This document shows positions 10,407 through 22,100 of a stretch of DNA of 64,000 bases, piece after piece. Made by a program: the position numbers and the translations under genes. The notes under the pieces were generated by a model. It did no database searches and was not told where the DNA came from. It saw nothing but the letters and a program-made list of their open reading frames with translations. Within the stretch, counting starts at the first letter, position 1, and each line of letters opens with the position of its first letter. Source of the DNA: a virus (taxonomy: Duplodnaviria; Caudoviricetes); IMG/VR virus record IMGVR_UViG_3300002835_000122, positions 12,349 to 76,348 of that record; one strand, written 5' to 3'.

Positions 10407-10774
10407 TAGTGAACCATAAACCTTGGTACTCCCGTATTGACCCTATACTGATATGCTCTATTGTATCCAGAATTTGTATCATCATAGTAATTGATTATGT
10501 AAGGCCTCGATTCATTATTGTCCCTAAAGCCCACTAAGCATCTTGCGCCCGGGACTGGTGCTACTACTTGAACGCCCCTTAAACTGGGGCAAATTACATC
10601 CTTGACTATATTACCTACATTTTCAGAATACTGATCTTCCAATACTACTACCGCAGTGTTGCTAATATTGCTATAGGACATGATAACTCCAGGCCTGGTC
10701 TTGGCTTTTTGCATTTCGGACAAATCAATTTGGTCCTGTATTTTTTTATCAAACTTTGGATAATTAACTGGCAT
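10406..10774 (-). CDS. Putative spike OB-fold protein (gpV/gp5 N-terminal-like)
   Basis: RPGVIMSY...TAVVVL...VKDVICP...PVPGARCLVGFRDNNESRPYII matches the spike OB-fold pattern. Confidence 0.7.
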   Translation of the reverse strand: MPVNYPKFDKKIQDQIDLSEMQKAKTRPGVIMSYSNISNTAVVVLEDQYSENVGNIVKDVICPSLRGVQVVAPVPGARCLVGFRDNNESRPYIINYYDDTNSGYNRAYQYRVNTGVPRFMVH

Positions 10775-10805
10775 AAAAAATCTCCTTATTCATAAACTGT
10801 TATGC

Positions 10806-13094
10806 TTAATCATTTTCTAAATACTCTCCGCTTAGCCATCTATCTATGTATGCGGCAGAATTCTGGCCTTGTGTACTAGCACTTAGGGAATATACGTCTT
10901 TAACCCATTTCTTTAAAGCTGCTTCAGTGCCTCCACCATTTACGTAGACTCTTGCAGCGTCTTCAAATTTAACTGATCCCAGCCATCCATATGGGTCCTT
11001 ATAGTTATCTCCCCATGCCGCAAATACATATCCGGTTTCTGGTGTAGGTCCCAATTTTGGAAAAAGGTAATATGGGGTTTGTCCGGTTACCAAAGTCCAG
11101 AACATATATGCTTGGTTTAATGGTATCCAAACCCTACGGTCAACTAGTTCTCTGAGTTTCTCAACAGCGCCGTTGTGACTACCTCGATAAAATACTTCTA
11201 ATTTATATTTTTCATTTAATTTTTCATTATAATTATCTATAGTAGGGGGTTGCTCTCCCGGATAAACTGTAGTCCAATTTTTGCTTGCTAGTTGCCATCC
11301 TTGCATCCGCTCTTTAGTTGTTCCATCTGTTAATTCGTAGATCTTTGTACCATGTGCCCCTGACACACTAGAGCCCCTCTTGATTGTTCCATTTCGATAT
11401 TCCCTAAATTTACCAACACTCATATTAATCTGGAATATACCTAGAGACATAAAGTCGCCACTTAGGGTATTGGGATTGCATGAAGTTGGACAGCCTCCAC
11501 CACTTTCCCTAACAGTAATTGCGGTCATAATTGCTGCGGTTTCTTTTCCGCATACTGTAGTGCGTAGTAGTTCGTAGACTGCGTCCTGCCCTATGTTCTC
11601 TCCCCAACGACCATAATAATTTGTTGTAAGAATAGAACTAGGAGTAGTTGCTCTTGTATCGGGGAATGTGCCAATTCCGGGAATATAGATTGTTCCAGGG
11701 GGTGAAGCTGTTTCATTGGAATAGTCATCATAAATTATTCCTGCCGCATTCATTATACCTCCAGGGCCCGTATACTTTCCTGCGCGCATTCCACTAAAAC
11801 TTAGATGTATATGATTTCTGTGATTATTGTCCCTATTGTCGGCAAAAAAGTTTACATATTCTAACTCTGGTCGACTTATTTTAAATGCGCATGTACTAGC
11901 GTCACCGTTACCACTTTGGTCAATTCCATAACCGATGGCATAGTCTTGATGAACACACATTAGATCAGGAAGTAAATACCTAGGAACTTCTACTAATGCA
12001 TCTAATAACATATATAGCGCGCCATCATATATTTCTCTAGTGACTCCACCATTTAATTTTATTGGATCTTTATTTATTTTGCCGACGGATGATATGTCTA
12101 CAGCTCTTCCGCTAGAATGATCGCTCATCCATAATTCATTCTTTTCATTTAGGTCCATTCCCCACTGTCTTCCGGAATCAAAACCACCACTAAGGACTAT
12201 TCCCTGCTCGTGCAAATGCAGTAGAAGTTCTATGAGTGCCGGAGCTACATAAGCGTTAGCGTCGGTTGGATTTTGCAGAATAATATCTTTAGAGATGACT
12301 CTTTGTGAAATATTTACTTTTGCATCTGGAAAATACGTATCTTCACCGTTATATACTGTAACGCCTTCGCGAGCAAACTCGTTAGGAATATCAAATTTAA
12401 AACTTGTGCTAAGAAAAGTACTAGGATACTTGGAACGCAATAATGCTATTCTTTCTTGATACCACCCTTTTTCTTCTTCGGTCATTTCGGAAAAAAAGGC
12501 AACATTTCTAAATCCTCCACTTTGCGATTCAGCGGAGGCTGTTTTATCGTTAGAAGACGACGTTGAGTCATTTCCTCCATCTCTGCCGCTATAATTTCCA
12601 ACATTCATTTGCTGCAGGTTTGCTACAGAATTACTTACAAATGACCCACTGAAATTTTTTCCAGCTAATGAATTTGCTACAATTCTATTAATTGCATTTC
12701 CGCCTGTTAACTTAACAGTTCCAACTCCTTCGTTTGATGCAAGGGTTATTTCATCTTCACCTTGACTTTCCGGATTGTTAACTGTCACATAATCTGGATT
12801 TTCTACAGTCCCTGCTGTAGCTATTGATCCACTCCCCGTAATTAAAGTATTTAAAGATGAAGATACACCTCTAGACATTGCTGCAATTGCATACTTCGGG
12901 CTCCTGAAAAATGCATCACCGTTAATTACGTCAGACAAAGTTCTGGTACTTAAGGTCTGGCCCACCATTGGTCGACTTATTGATGCGCTGGTATTTTTGA
13001 CTGGAGTTTTTCCACCAGGGAAAAAGTCTGCGTGAAGTGAGGTGGCAAACGACGCAGAATCAGATAGAGCTGCATTATTAAAACTAAAAGACAT
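10806..13094 (-). CDS. Virion-associated peptidoglycan hydrolase: M15-like Zn peptidase plus lysozyme/SLT-like domain
   Basis: SDHSSGRAVD...HRNHIHLS (HxxGxAxD...HxH) followed by AITVRESGG...SLGIFQIN (catalytic Glu, GxxQ). Confidence 0.8.
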   Translation of the reverse strand: MSFSFNNAALSDSASFATSLHADFFPGGKTPVKNTSASISRPMVGQTLSTRTLSDVINGDAFFRSPKYAIAAMSRGVSSSLNTLITGSGSIATAGTVENPDYVTVNNPESQGEDEITLASNEGVGTVKLTGGNAINRIVANSLAGKNFSGSFVSNSVANLQQMNVGNYSGRDGGNDSTSSSNDKTASAESQSGGFRNVAFFSEMTEEEKGWYQERIALLRSKYPSTFLSTSFKFDIPNEFAREGVTVYNGEDTYFPDAKVNISQRVISKDIILQNPTDANAYVAPALIELLLHLHEQGIVLSGGFDSGRQWGMDLNEKNELWMSDHSSGRAVDISSVGKINKDPIKLNGGVTREIYDGALYMLLDALVEVPRYLLPDLMCVHQDYAIGYGIDQSGNGDASTCAFKISRPELEYVNFFADNRDNNHRNHIHLSFSGMRAGKYTGPGGIMNAAGIIYDDYSNETASPPGTIYIPGIGTFPDTRATTPSSILTTNYYGRWGENIGQDAVYELLRTTVCGKETAAIMTAITVRESGGGCPTSCNPNTLSGDFMSLGIFQINMSVGKFREYRNGTIKRGSSVSGAHGTKIYELTDGTTKERMQGWQLASKNWTTVYPGEQPPTIDNYNEKLNEKYKLEVFYRGSHNGAVEKLRELVDRRVWIPLNQAYMFWTLVTGQTPYYLFPKLGPTPETGYVFAAWGDNYKDPYGWLGSVKFEDAARVYVNGGGTEAALKKWVKDVYSLSASTQGQNSAAYIDRWLSGEYLEND

Positions 13095-13103
13095 TTATTA
13101 CTC

Positions 13104-16100
13104 CTAAGTTCCGGGATTCAATGTAACTTGTTTTGGAATTAGCGCAGATTCTTCTGCGCTAATAACGGACTGTGATTCAATTAAAAGTTGCTTTGTGTAT
13201 ACTGTAGCTAGGTTATTGGCTACCAGTTCCCAGTTCAGACTAACTGGATGCCCATCCTCATAATACTCGTCCCAAAATATAGTAGGCCATTCATCTACTT
13301 TATTGTAAGTAGCTTCTAAGACCTTGAAGCAGACTAGGTCATTATAAAATCTATTGAATTCTTGTTCCGGAATTCCATAATCATCTAATGCGCTAATTGA
13401 CAGACTTAATGGTGGAGCATACTGAATATCTAAAGATTTAATTTTATCAAAAATATTACTTCTTTTTATAAAAATTGGAGACTCTTTATAGAGTGAACCC
13501 AATCCTGGAAAATCTTTACCAAAGAACTCTTTAGTAACGGGGTTGTCCATGTCTGTTGTAACTATTGTTTTTCCTCGATTTAACATAAAGCACTGGTTAA
13601 CAAAATCTTTTATTTGATTGATCATTGATTCTGGCTGGTAGTACCAGACAGTTCCCAGGACTCGATCGAAAACGTCTTTTGTATAATTTTGTAATCTATT
13701 TTCAGTAGCACCGGGTTCAAATTGAGCCTCAAATATAACGTTTGTATCTGCTCTGTTTGTAACTTTTATTCTTAAGACGAATACCCTATTTTTTATCTTT
13801 GCTTCCGTATACAACATAGCTCTACCTCCAGGAGTGGAAATAGGTGATATAGTTGTTCCATCGGCACCCGGCTCATTTGGAATAGACCCCACTTTTGTAA
13901 GACTTGTTTCGCCAGTATTTATTCCGTCAAAACGAACTGTAAATCTAGCGCCAGATATAACATCTTCGACATCAAACGTGTCACCGTCTTTAAACGTAGT
14001 AACTGTTACTATCACCTTAAATAAAGATGTTTGCAGATTTGCTTTTTCTGGACCTAATCCAGTAAGACTAAGTACGCGAGCGTGCGTTAGGGCGTTTTCG
14101 TAATCGGTATATCTTACTAGATCTTTTATTTCTGTTTCTTGCCAGCCAAGACTCTTTAGCAAGTCATCACTTCTTATGAAAGTATTTCCATCAGCGGTTT
14201 TGACTTTTGTTCTTGTGCCTAATATTCCTGGCAATAAAGCTTTAGTGTGATATCTTCCGACGACCATGCCTTGGTTGTATGATAATCCTGCGTCCATTGG
14301 TTGACCATTTTTATTAAGATACTGGACATAGCAGCCATGCTGATCCAGTACGTTATCTCTTAACCATGTCCAACCCTTCCAGGCTAACTGGCCAACGATT
14401 GGAACTGCTCTTGCTACGCTTACGCCCACAACTTGCATAACAGTATCTGTCCCTGAAGCCTTACCCTGCCCCTTGCTTTCTATTTCTTGTCGTGCTTTAT
14501 CTGGGAGACTCAGAGCGGTTTGATTTGCCATAATGTCTTTCATTAATGCGGAAGATCCGTGCGTATACTGAATTCCACCAATCATTTGAGTGCTCAGTGA
14601 ATCTGCTAACGCATCTACGGAAATGTTTCCGCCCATGTTTATGCCAGTGTTTGATGCCATAATATTATCCATATAGAATCTAGTGTCATTTCTCATATTC
14701 TGCATGCTGAGCCATGAGTGGAGCCATGATGACATGAACCATCTAGAGGGATCATTGACAGTCACTAGAGCGTTGGGTGTGACAGTAGTAATATATCCCA
14801 TTTCTGAAGTGAAGTGATGTACTACTTGCTCTACTTCAAATATTCCATACATTCTGTTGTAAACATCGGATAGATACACTAAGTCATGAGGCCTAATATC
14901 TGGATTGCCAATTAGCGTGAGTTCCCCACCATAAATATCTTTAATTGATTCCTTTAAATGAGATAGTGCTATTCTTCTTGCAGAAAGCTCATCTGGTGTG
15001 CCCTGTAATGTTTTTGCATATCCCCTAAATGTTTCTAGCGGGTGCATAAATGGGTGCAGTACTCCCAGGAAACCTGAGCCAATCATATTGTCATAATACA
15101 ATCCAGTCTCTACTGTAGTTTCCGTTTGACGCTCAGATGGCGCACCCTTGTCTAACGCTACGGTAACTGGGTTTTTTCCATCTGATACTGCGGTGATAAC
15201 GGTAGAAACATTGTTTAGATTCTCTTGAATTTGATTAGATATGATGTGAGAGAAAGAACTTAAGTAATGTATTCTTTGGAATGGTTGACGAATTTCTATT
15301 ACCGGTTCTCCATATTCCCTAGTAAAAGGATTATCAACGGCTCTCAATAGAGAGCCAGGTCTGCCAAGTGAATAGTATATTGAATCATTTAATACTTTAT
15401 TAAGAATGTGGGCTTGCTTACTAAAGTTTCCAACTTCAGAAAGTGCGTATCCCATTTGCATCATGCTCAACTTGAACATACCTAAGAGTGAGCTCAGACC
15501 ATCCCCAATGGCTCCAAGTATTGGGCCTATATTTGCGCTATAAAAATCTCCTATATCTTCATCTATTCCGCCAATAAATGTTGAAGAATTACTACCTTCT
15601 CCTTTTGTGCTAACTAATAATTTTAGGAATTTACTTTCATCTTTAGAATACTGGCTATAGGGGCTAATGAATGCTTCGAAAACTTTATCTACCGGCTTGA
15701 AAGACCATTGCCCATCTTCTCCGCCCCCACCTGCGGTAATAATTCCACGCTTTCTATCCGGCTTAAGAACTAACCAAGCCCTACCATAACCTGTACTCCA
15801 AAGCTTTTGCCTAAATAATCCAACCATTAATAGGAACAGCTGTTTAGGTGTATTGATGACTTCAGCTAGCTTTATTGCTGCCGCTGGATCCTCTTTATTC
15901 TCAATTGAAATTGAAAGCGCGTTATTAATTACCTTTGATTCAAAAAAGTTTAATCTAATTCCATCTAGAGATCTAGAAATGACGCTATTGAAGTACTGTA
16001 TTATTCCAGCGTCTCCGCGTATTCCCTTACTTTCGTAATCTATATAGTTTTTTCTAATAAATTCTACAGCTTCTATTCTAGATGAGGCACCACTAAAGCC

Positions 16101-19100
16101 GACACCAGATCCCAAGTCAGTCGTAGTGTCTGGCTCGTTAAAAAAGTCAGAACCTAAAAGAATAGCCAATTCATCTACTCCCGTACCATCAGTTGCGGAA
16201 AGACCAGGAATGCTTACAGTGGATTGTGAGAAATTTTGAAATGGAGTATTGCTACTTGCTCCTAGTATTCTTTTGAACTCTTTAGGAAAAGGATCAGTTG
16301 AGTCAGCGTCCAAGCCATAATGTCTAGTGAATATGGCTTTAACGCTATCGTATGTGTGATAGCCAAATCTAAATTGGTCCCAGATATCTGCAGCTTGACT
16401 AAGGGTTCTTCCATTTCCCGCAATCACTGAAACATTGGGATCATAATTTTCATCATAAAAAGATCTAGCCTCTACCGATATACCATCCATCGCTGAATAA
16501 ACCGGAGCAAAGCCTACTCGTCCACTGCCAGTTTCTTCATTTCCTGTTGTAAGAAGCTCGGCATCTAGGCGTTTATATAATTCGCCTTTATCTAGAGCAT
16601 CATAATTTAAATCTACGATTGCTTGAAAGTAGCTTGGGTTGTCACCGCTAGCAAGTATATTTCCACCATATTCATAACTATAGGAAGTGACTTCGGAATT
16701 TGTTGCAGAGTATTCTTCTAGTGAGCTATCGGAATTTTTTAAGTAACGTTCTGCGGCATCTGCTGGATACTGTGACATGTTGCCTATGTCCAAAGATGTC
16801 TTTGAAGCGGTAAACTTATTAGCATCTCCGTTGTCGTCTATAGCGAAATTACCAAAACCAATAATATAAGAATTTTTATCTGCGTCATTAAAAAATCTTT
16901 TTACTGGTGCTGCGGCGGACGAAACAACTCCTAATGGAGTATCGTCAGGAACAAATCCAAAAAAACAATCAACATCTCGCGGGAAAGTGCTTAGTCCTGT
17001 TTCAGCTTCTATTTTTTCCAGAAGAGAATTACCAGTGTCTGCTCTATCATGCAGTAAAATATTTGCCCACGCTGGCAGGGACTCCGCTAGCTGACTGCCA
17101 TCTGCGGCTATTTTGTCATCTATTGTAGAAACAAAAGTACCCAAGTACCACGCAGCGTCAGGGGATACGACTGCGTCAACATCATCGTCACCTTCTCCCC
17201 ATAGGAAATAAGCTGGAGCACAAACGACTGCCCTTCCTGTTAAGGGGCTAAATACAAGTACTCTTCTTTTTTTATAATCCGCTGCACTCCCGTATAGATC
17301 TTCAAATTTATATACTTGTTTAAACTTTTCCAAAGAGGCGTCTACTGTGTCAGGCTTGTATGGCCATCGCATTGCTATATAAAACATCTCCTCCTCTTTG
17401 GTAGCGGGAGATCCCCATTCCTCGTATGATATAGGCTGACTTAATTCATACTCAAAACTAAAATCATCTTTATTATCTCCAGAGGAAGCTACTACGCTAT
17501 TAACTGTCTGAAAATCTGTAGGTATATTTTGTGAGTAAACTGATGGCAGTGGCATTTTGCTGTACACTGTTTTATTTAGACTAATTAGATCAGACACGCC
17601 TGAGTCGATTGTTACTAGAAGACTACTAAAGCCTAAGGGCCTATCTAGTTCTAGGTTGCCAGAACTAGGCTTAATGGTAATTTTTGCTTCATTCAAAAAC
17701 TCTGCTTCTAATTGCAGAAAGTATATGAGATTAGCAGAAAGTGCGGCTCCGCCTGTTGAAAAGGATTTTAAAGCAGCTTCGCTAAATCGTTCCTGTAGAT
17801 TTTGCCTTTTAGACATATTTGACAATCGCGCTTCATTGCTGTCGCCATCTTCAGCTGAGTCTATAATCTTGGCTATTGGTGTAAGGGGGCTAAGCCAACC
17901 GCCGAAACCAAGTAAATCAACAACGTTAGATGTGCCTGATGCTTGATTACCACCAATGTCGCTTAAATATTCTCCAAATAATCCACCATCTCTAACTTCG
18001 TAAGATTTTTTGTCAAGAATTGTATCTTCTGATATTGTATAGTACGGGTATTGAAATCTTGGGGGAATATTTTCTATTTGCTTATGTTCTTGAGTTATAC
18101 TTGCATAGGTTTTTTCTCCGCCGATTGGTAGGTGAAAGCCCATTTTAACCGTACCTGCACTAACTGGTAGCTGAGATAGAATGATATTATTACCATCTGC
18201 GTCTTTGCTAACTCTTTTTGTAGCTAACTGTGAGTTAAAGTTTAGTAGTTTTCCTGTTAATCTTTTTGTGGGAGCGTATATTCCAGTAGAGGAAGCCTGA
18301 TCTTTTGCTAGCGTAGCCATGAAATCGCTAAGTTCTGAAGATCTTTTAAAAGCTTCGTAATCGGCAAGTGAATTTGCTTGCCTATTAACATTGTCCATAA
18401 CCATCTGTATATCTTCATCCGCACTTCTGTGCTTTGGGTAGCCGGGAAGGTCTAATTCATTAGCTTTCTTCACACTTGGGAAACCCGTAGTCACTGGAAC
18501 TACGCCAGAAGTATATAACCAATGCGGCTTTCCATAGAAAATAGTAGACCTATCCTCAAAGGGTCTAACTGCTACTATGTAATTTGGTAACAGCCTTGCA
18601 CATATCTGGAAAAGATCCCATACGGTTCGCATGTATGTTTGTGCGCGGAATGACACTTCATCAAATCCGCTTAAGTCATCATCAGCATTGGGGGAAATGA
18701 TTCCCATTGTTCTGAATACATTAGTGCCACCTCTACCTCTCAGTAGCCCCATAAGTGCTCCGCCTCCGGCGAGTCCTGCGACAGCATTAACTCCTGGTAT
18801 GGCAGCAATTCCAGCTGTTAATCCACCCAATAGAACATTCTTTACGGCTCCTGCTCTTCCTTCTGCTGAAACTAACTTATTATCCTCAACAATAGAATCT
18901 ATGGTATTACTGGAAGACACCGAACCATTTTGAGCCTCTGTGATTAACCTATTCCATGATCTATCGGTACCAGCTTCCAAATATCTTTGACCAGCTAAAG
19001 TTTTGCCATCGTCTTCTACTAGCGATGATGCTGTCGACCAACCATCATCTAGGTCTCCTCCTAGGAATTGTGCAAATCCCGTTCCATTTCCAGGATAAAT

Positions 19101-22100
19101 ATTTCTTTTATATAATTCAAGATCTACCTCTGCGCAAAAGTTGGACATTAGTTGTCCCATACTTGTCATTATGGTGCCGTCTCCAAAAAATGTACTAACG
19201 GGATTTCTTTGGAATATATTTGTTGATAATTTAAATGTTGCTGCATTAGCTGCTCCGCCCAAGTCACCCCGTCCCACATTGGAGTAGGCATTGGAAACAA
19301 CATTTCTCAGTCCATCGGCTCTTTGTTTTTCAACTTCGTTAATTGGTTCATATAGCATTGTGCCGAAGTGTCTAATTCCAAAACGATTCTCGGAAAATAT
19401 AGTTCCATTTGTTGCTCTAGCTAAAGCCTCTCTTGTTCTGGATGCGCCCATGCTCAAAAGCCTAACCATTAAATCTCTTGGTTCAGAAAGATACATTCCA
19501 GTATCTACTCCACCATCAATTTTTCCAGAGTCACCCTTTTTATTTGTTGAGTTAACAATAGCGCCAAGTTCAATTGCGTCAGATTGGGCAGTGACAGTAA
19601 CTATTTCGCCTTCTTCAACGTTGGTTATGACTCCGTTAAACAAAGTTTGCAAAGAATTTGGATTTGATCCATAGCCTCCTCTGAGGTGAACTCTAACTCC
19701 TGGCTTTAATCTTATATTATTAATATCAACTACGTAGTCATTTCTCATTCCTGAGACAATATTTTTAGCTACATTTAAAGTCCTGTCTAAGATAGCGCTA
19801 ATTCCATCCGCATAGCTCAACGGATCGCTATTGAAGTCGTCATTTCGCGCATTAAATATATCTGTAGATGGGCGTGTTGTTAATTTTGAGTACATATTTG
19901 AGACTCTTAATATTAAGGTATCTCCCAGTAAATCTTCAGATGATACAACTGAAAAATCTATAACAGATTGAAGACCATAGAAATTATCAAAAAGTTTGAC
20001 TCCTGCAAACATTCCCCCTTCGTCTATCAGCCATAACATGTAGGTCGGAAATGCTCTAAGCATTCGGCCAGATATGTCTCTGTACTGAACATCATTTAAC
20101 ATCTTTTCCATGTGATTATTAAATGAGCCGTCGTAAGCTTTTTGGTATTCAGACAATGGCTGAGCTCCACTAATTCCAGTCAAAGATTTATCACAACCAA
20201 CGTCTGGAGTTTGCATGTCTTTCGTGTAATTGCTTTCAATTTTTTTTGCGCCATCAGATTCAATTTTAACATTAGTTCCATCTGCTGTCAGATAAAATCT
20301 TCCATTATCTTTATTTATATATCCGAAATGGGACCCCAAAACGGTATACATAATTGCAGGTATCTCTTTAGGGTCATTTACTTCTGGATTAGCTAGTGGC
20401 ATCAAATATATCATTTTATGAAATTCAACTTCGTCTGGATCAAAACTGACAGATTCCTCTTCGGCCAGTTTGCTAGTCGCTAATATAGTTTTAATCATAT
20501 TTTCTGTCGCTGCATTTGTCACCCCCACATTTCCTATGACAAATGGTGATCCATTAATTTCTTCAAAAACTGGGTCCGCCTCAGAGGATTGCGAAGCTAG
20601 AAATAGGTAATCAGTTAACAGAGTACTTTTTGAAACGTCAGCGTTTGCTTCGTTAATTACTTGTTGAAAGATAGAAACAAAATTATGTGGACTAATTCCA
20701 GATTGATTTACGTAATCTATTATTTCGTTAATTAAATCTTCGTTAGTCTGTACTCTTGCGTCTACTGCGGCTGCGTTAGTTGCGTTAGTTACTGAATATC
20801 TTCTAAGGAAATTCCTAACTGTATTTTTTACAGATTCAATTTTTTGTTCAATTGCATCGGCTGATCCCTTAAAGAAGTCATCAGAGCTATCAAAAGTGAA
20901 ATTTTTAGTTAAATCTATCTGGATAGTGGTATTATTTATGATATCGCGATCAAACATTTCAAAACTTCTAAAATAGAAATCTGGATCTAGATTGCCAACG
21001 ATATCTCCTTCCGTATTTTTGACGCCCAATGGAAGGTCTGGATAGGCGTTAAACGATCCCCATAGCTGCTTCATTCTCAGGAAAGGGTTTCTCTTTGTAC
21101 CAAAATGCTCAATCAATTCCGTCTGTTGCTTTGAGGACATTTTTTCTCTTTGCTGTTGGAATATATCAAAGTCCACTAAGCTCAACTGTACTGCATAGAC
21201 ATGAGGAAAGTTGGGTATGGTGTCAACCTTATAGTTAAGGGGAAGAACATATTTGATTCCGCATAAAGCTGTTATGATATTTTTTATTCCTAGAAATCCT
21301 ATAACACCAGTAGAGTGCTCAAGTCTAGCTAACGCATTAGTATGATCAAATACTGATCTAATTTTTAATAATTCTTTTTCGCCAAAAACAGTCATCGATA
21401 TATTAATGTAACTGTCCTTGCCCCCAATGTACTGATAACTTGGTTCGTCTTGCATTTGGATCTGTAGCTTTGCTAGATTATTCCCCATTGATATACTAAC
21501 GCCATTTACTATGGCGGTCTTTGGGTCAAGATCTACTCGATTCATTGGAACTTCCCACTCATTGAACTGGTAGTCTCCATCTTTTAATCTTGTTGCTTCC
21601 ATCATATTTTTGATGAAGCCGTCAGTAAAAAATCTTTCATACAGATTGACCTGAAAGGCTTCAGTAACTTGCTGTGCAATTTTTTCTCTATCTGGTTCTA
21701 CTCCAGCGCTTTGTGTCTGTCTGACAAATTCCTCATCAATAAGTTTTTCCAAAATAGTTCCAGACGAACTAGCTCTTTTGTGAAGTTCTTTTTTGATATT
21801 GTTTAAACTACCCTGAGCTAATATTCCATCAAAAAAGTATGACTCTGCCGTACTAGGGTATTGTTCGAAGTAACCGTTTACTCCCCGAAGTTCTATCTTT
21901 TCTTGATAATCTAAGAACCATCTTTTTTCTTCATTATCTAATCTTGTATTGTTATTAGATATAAACGATTGCGCTAGGTAAAGGTAAACTTTTTTATATT
22001 GATCAGTAGTCGAGATGCCAGCTGTCAAAATATCAATTGCACCTTTAGCCATATTATTGATAGATTTCGGAAAGTTTGATTCGGTAGCCATTGAAGCAAT

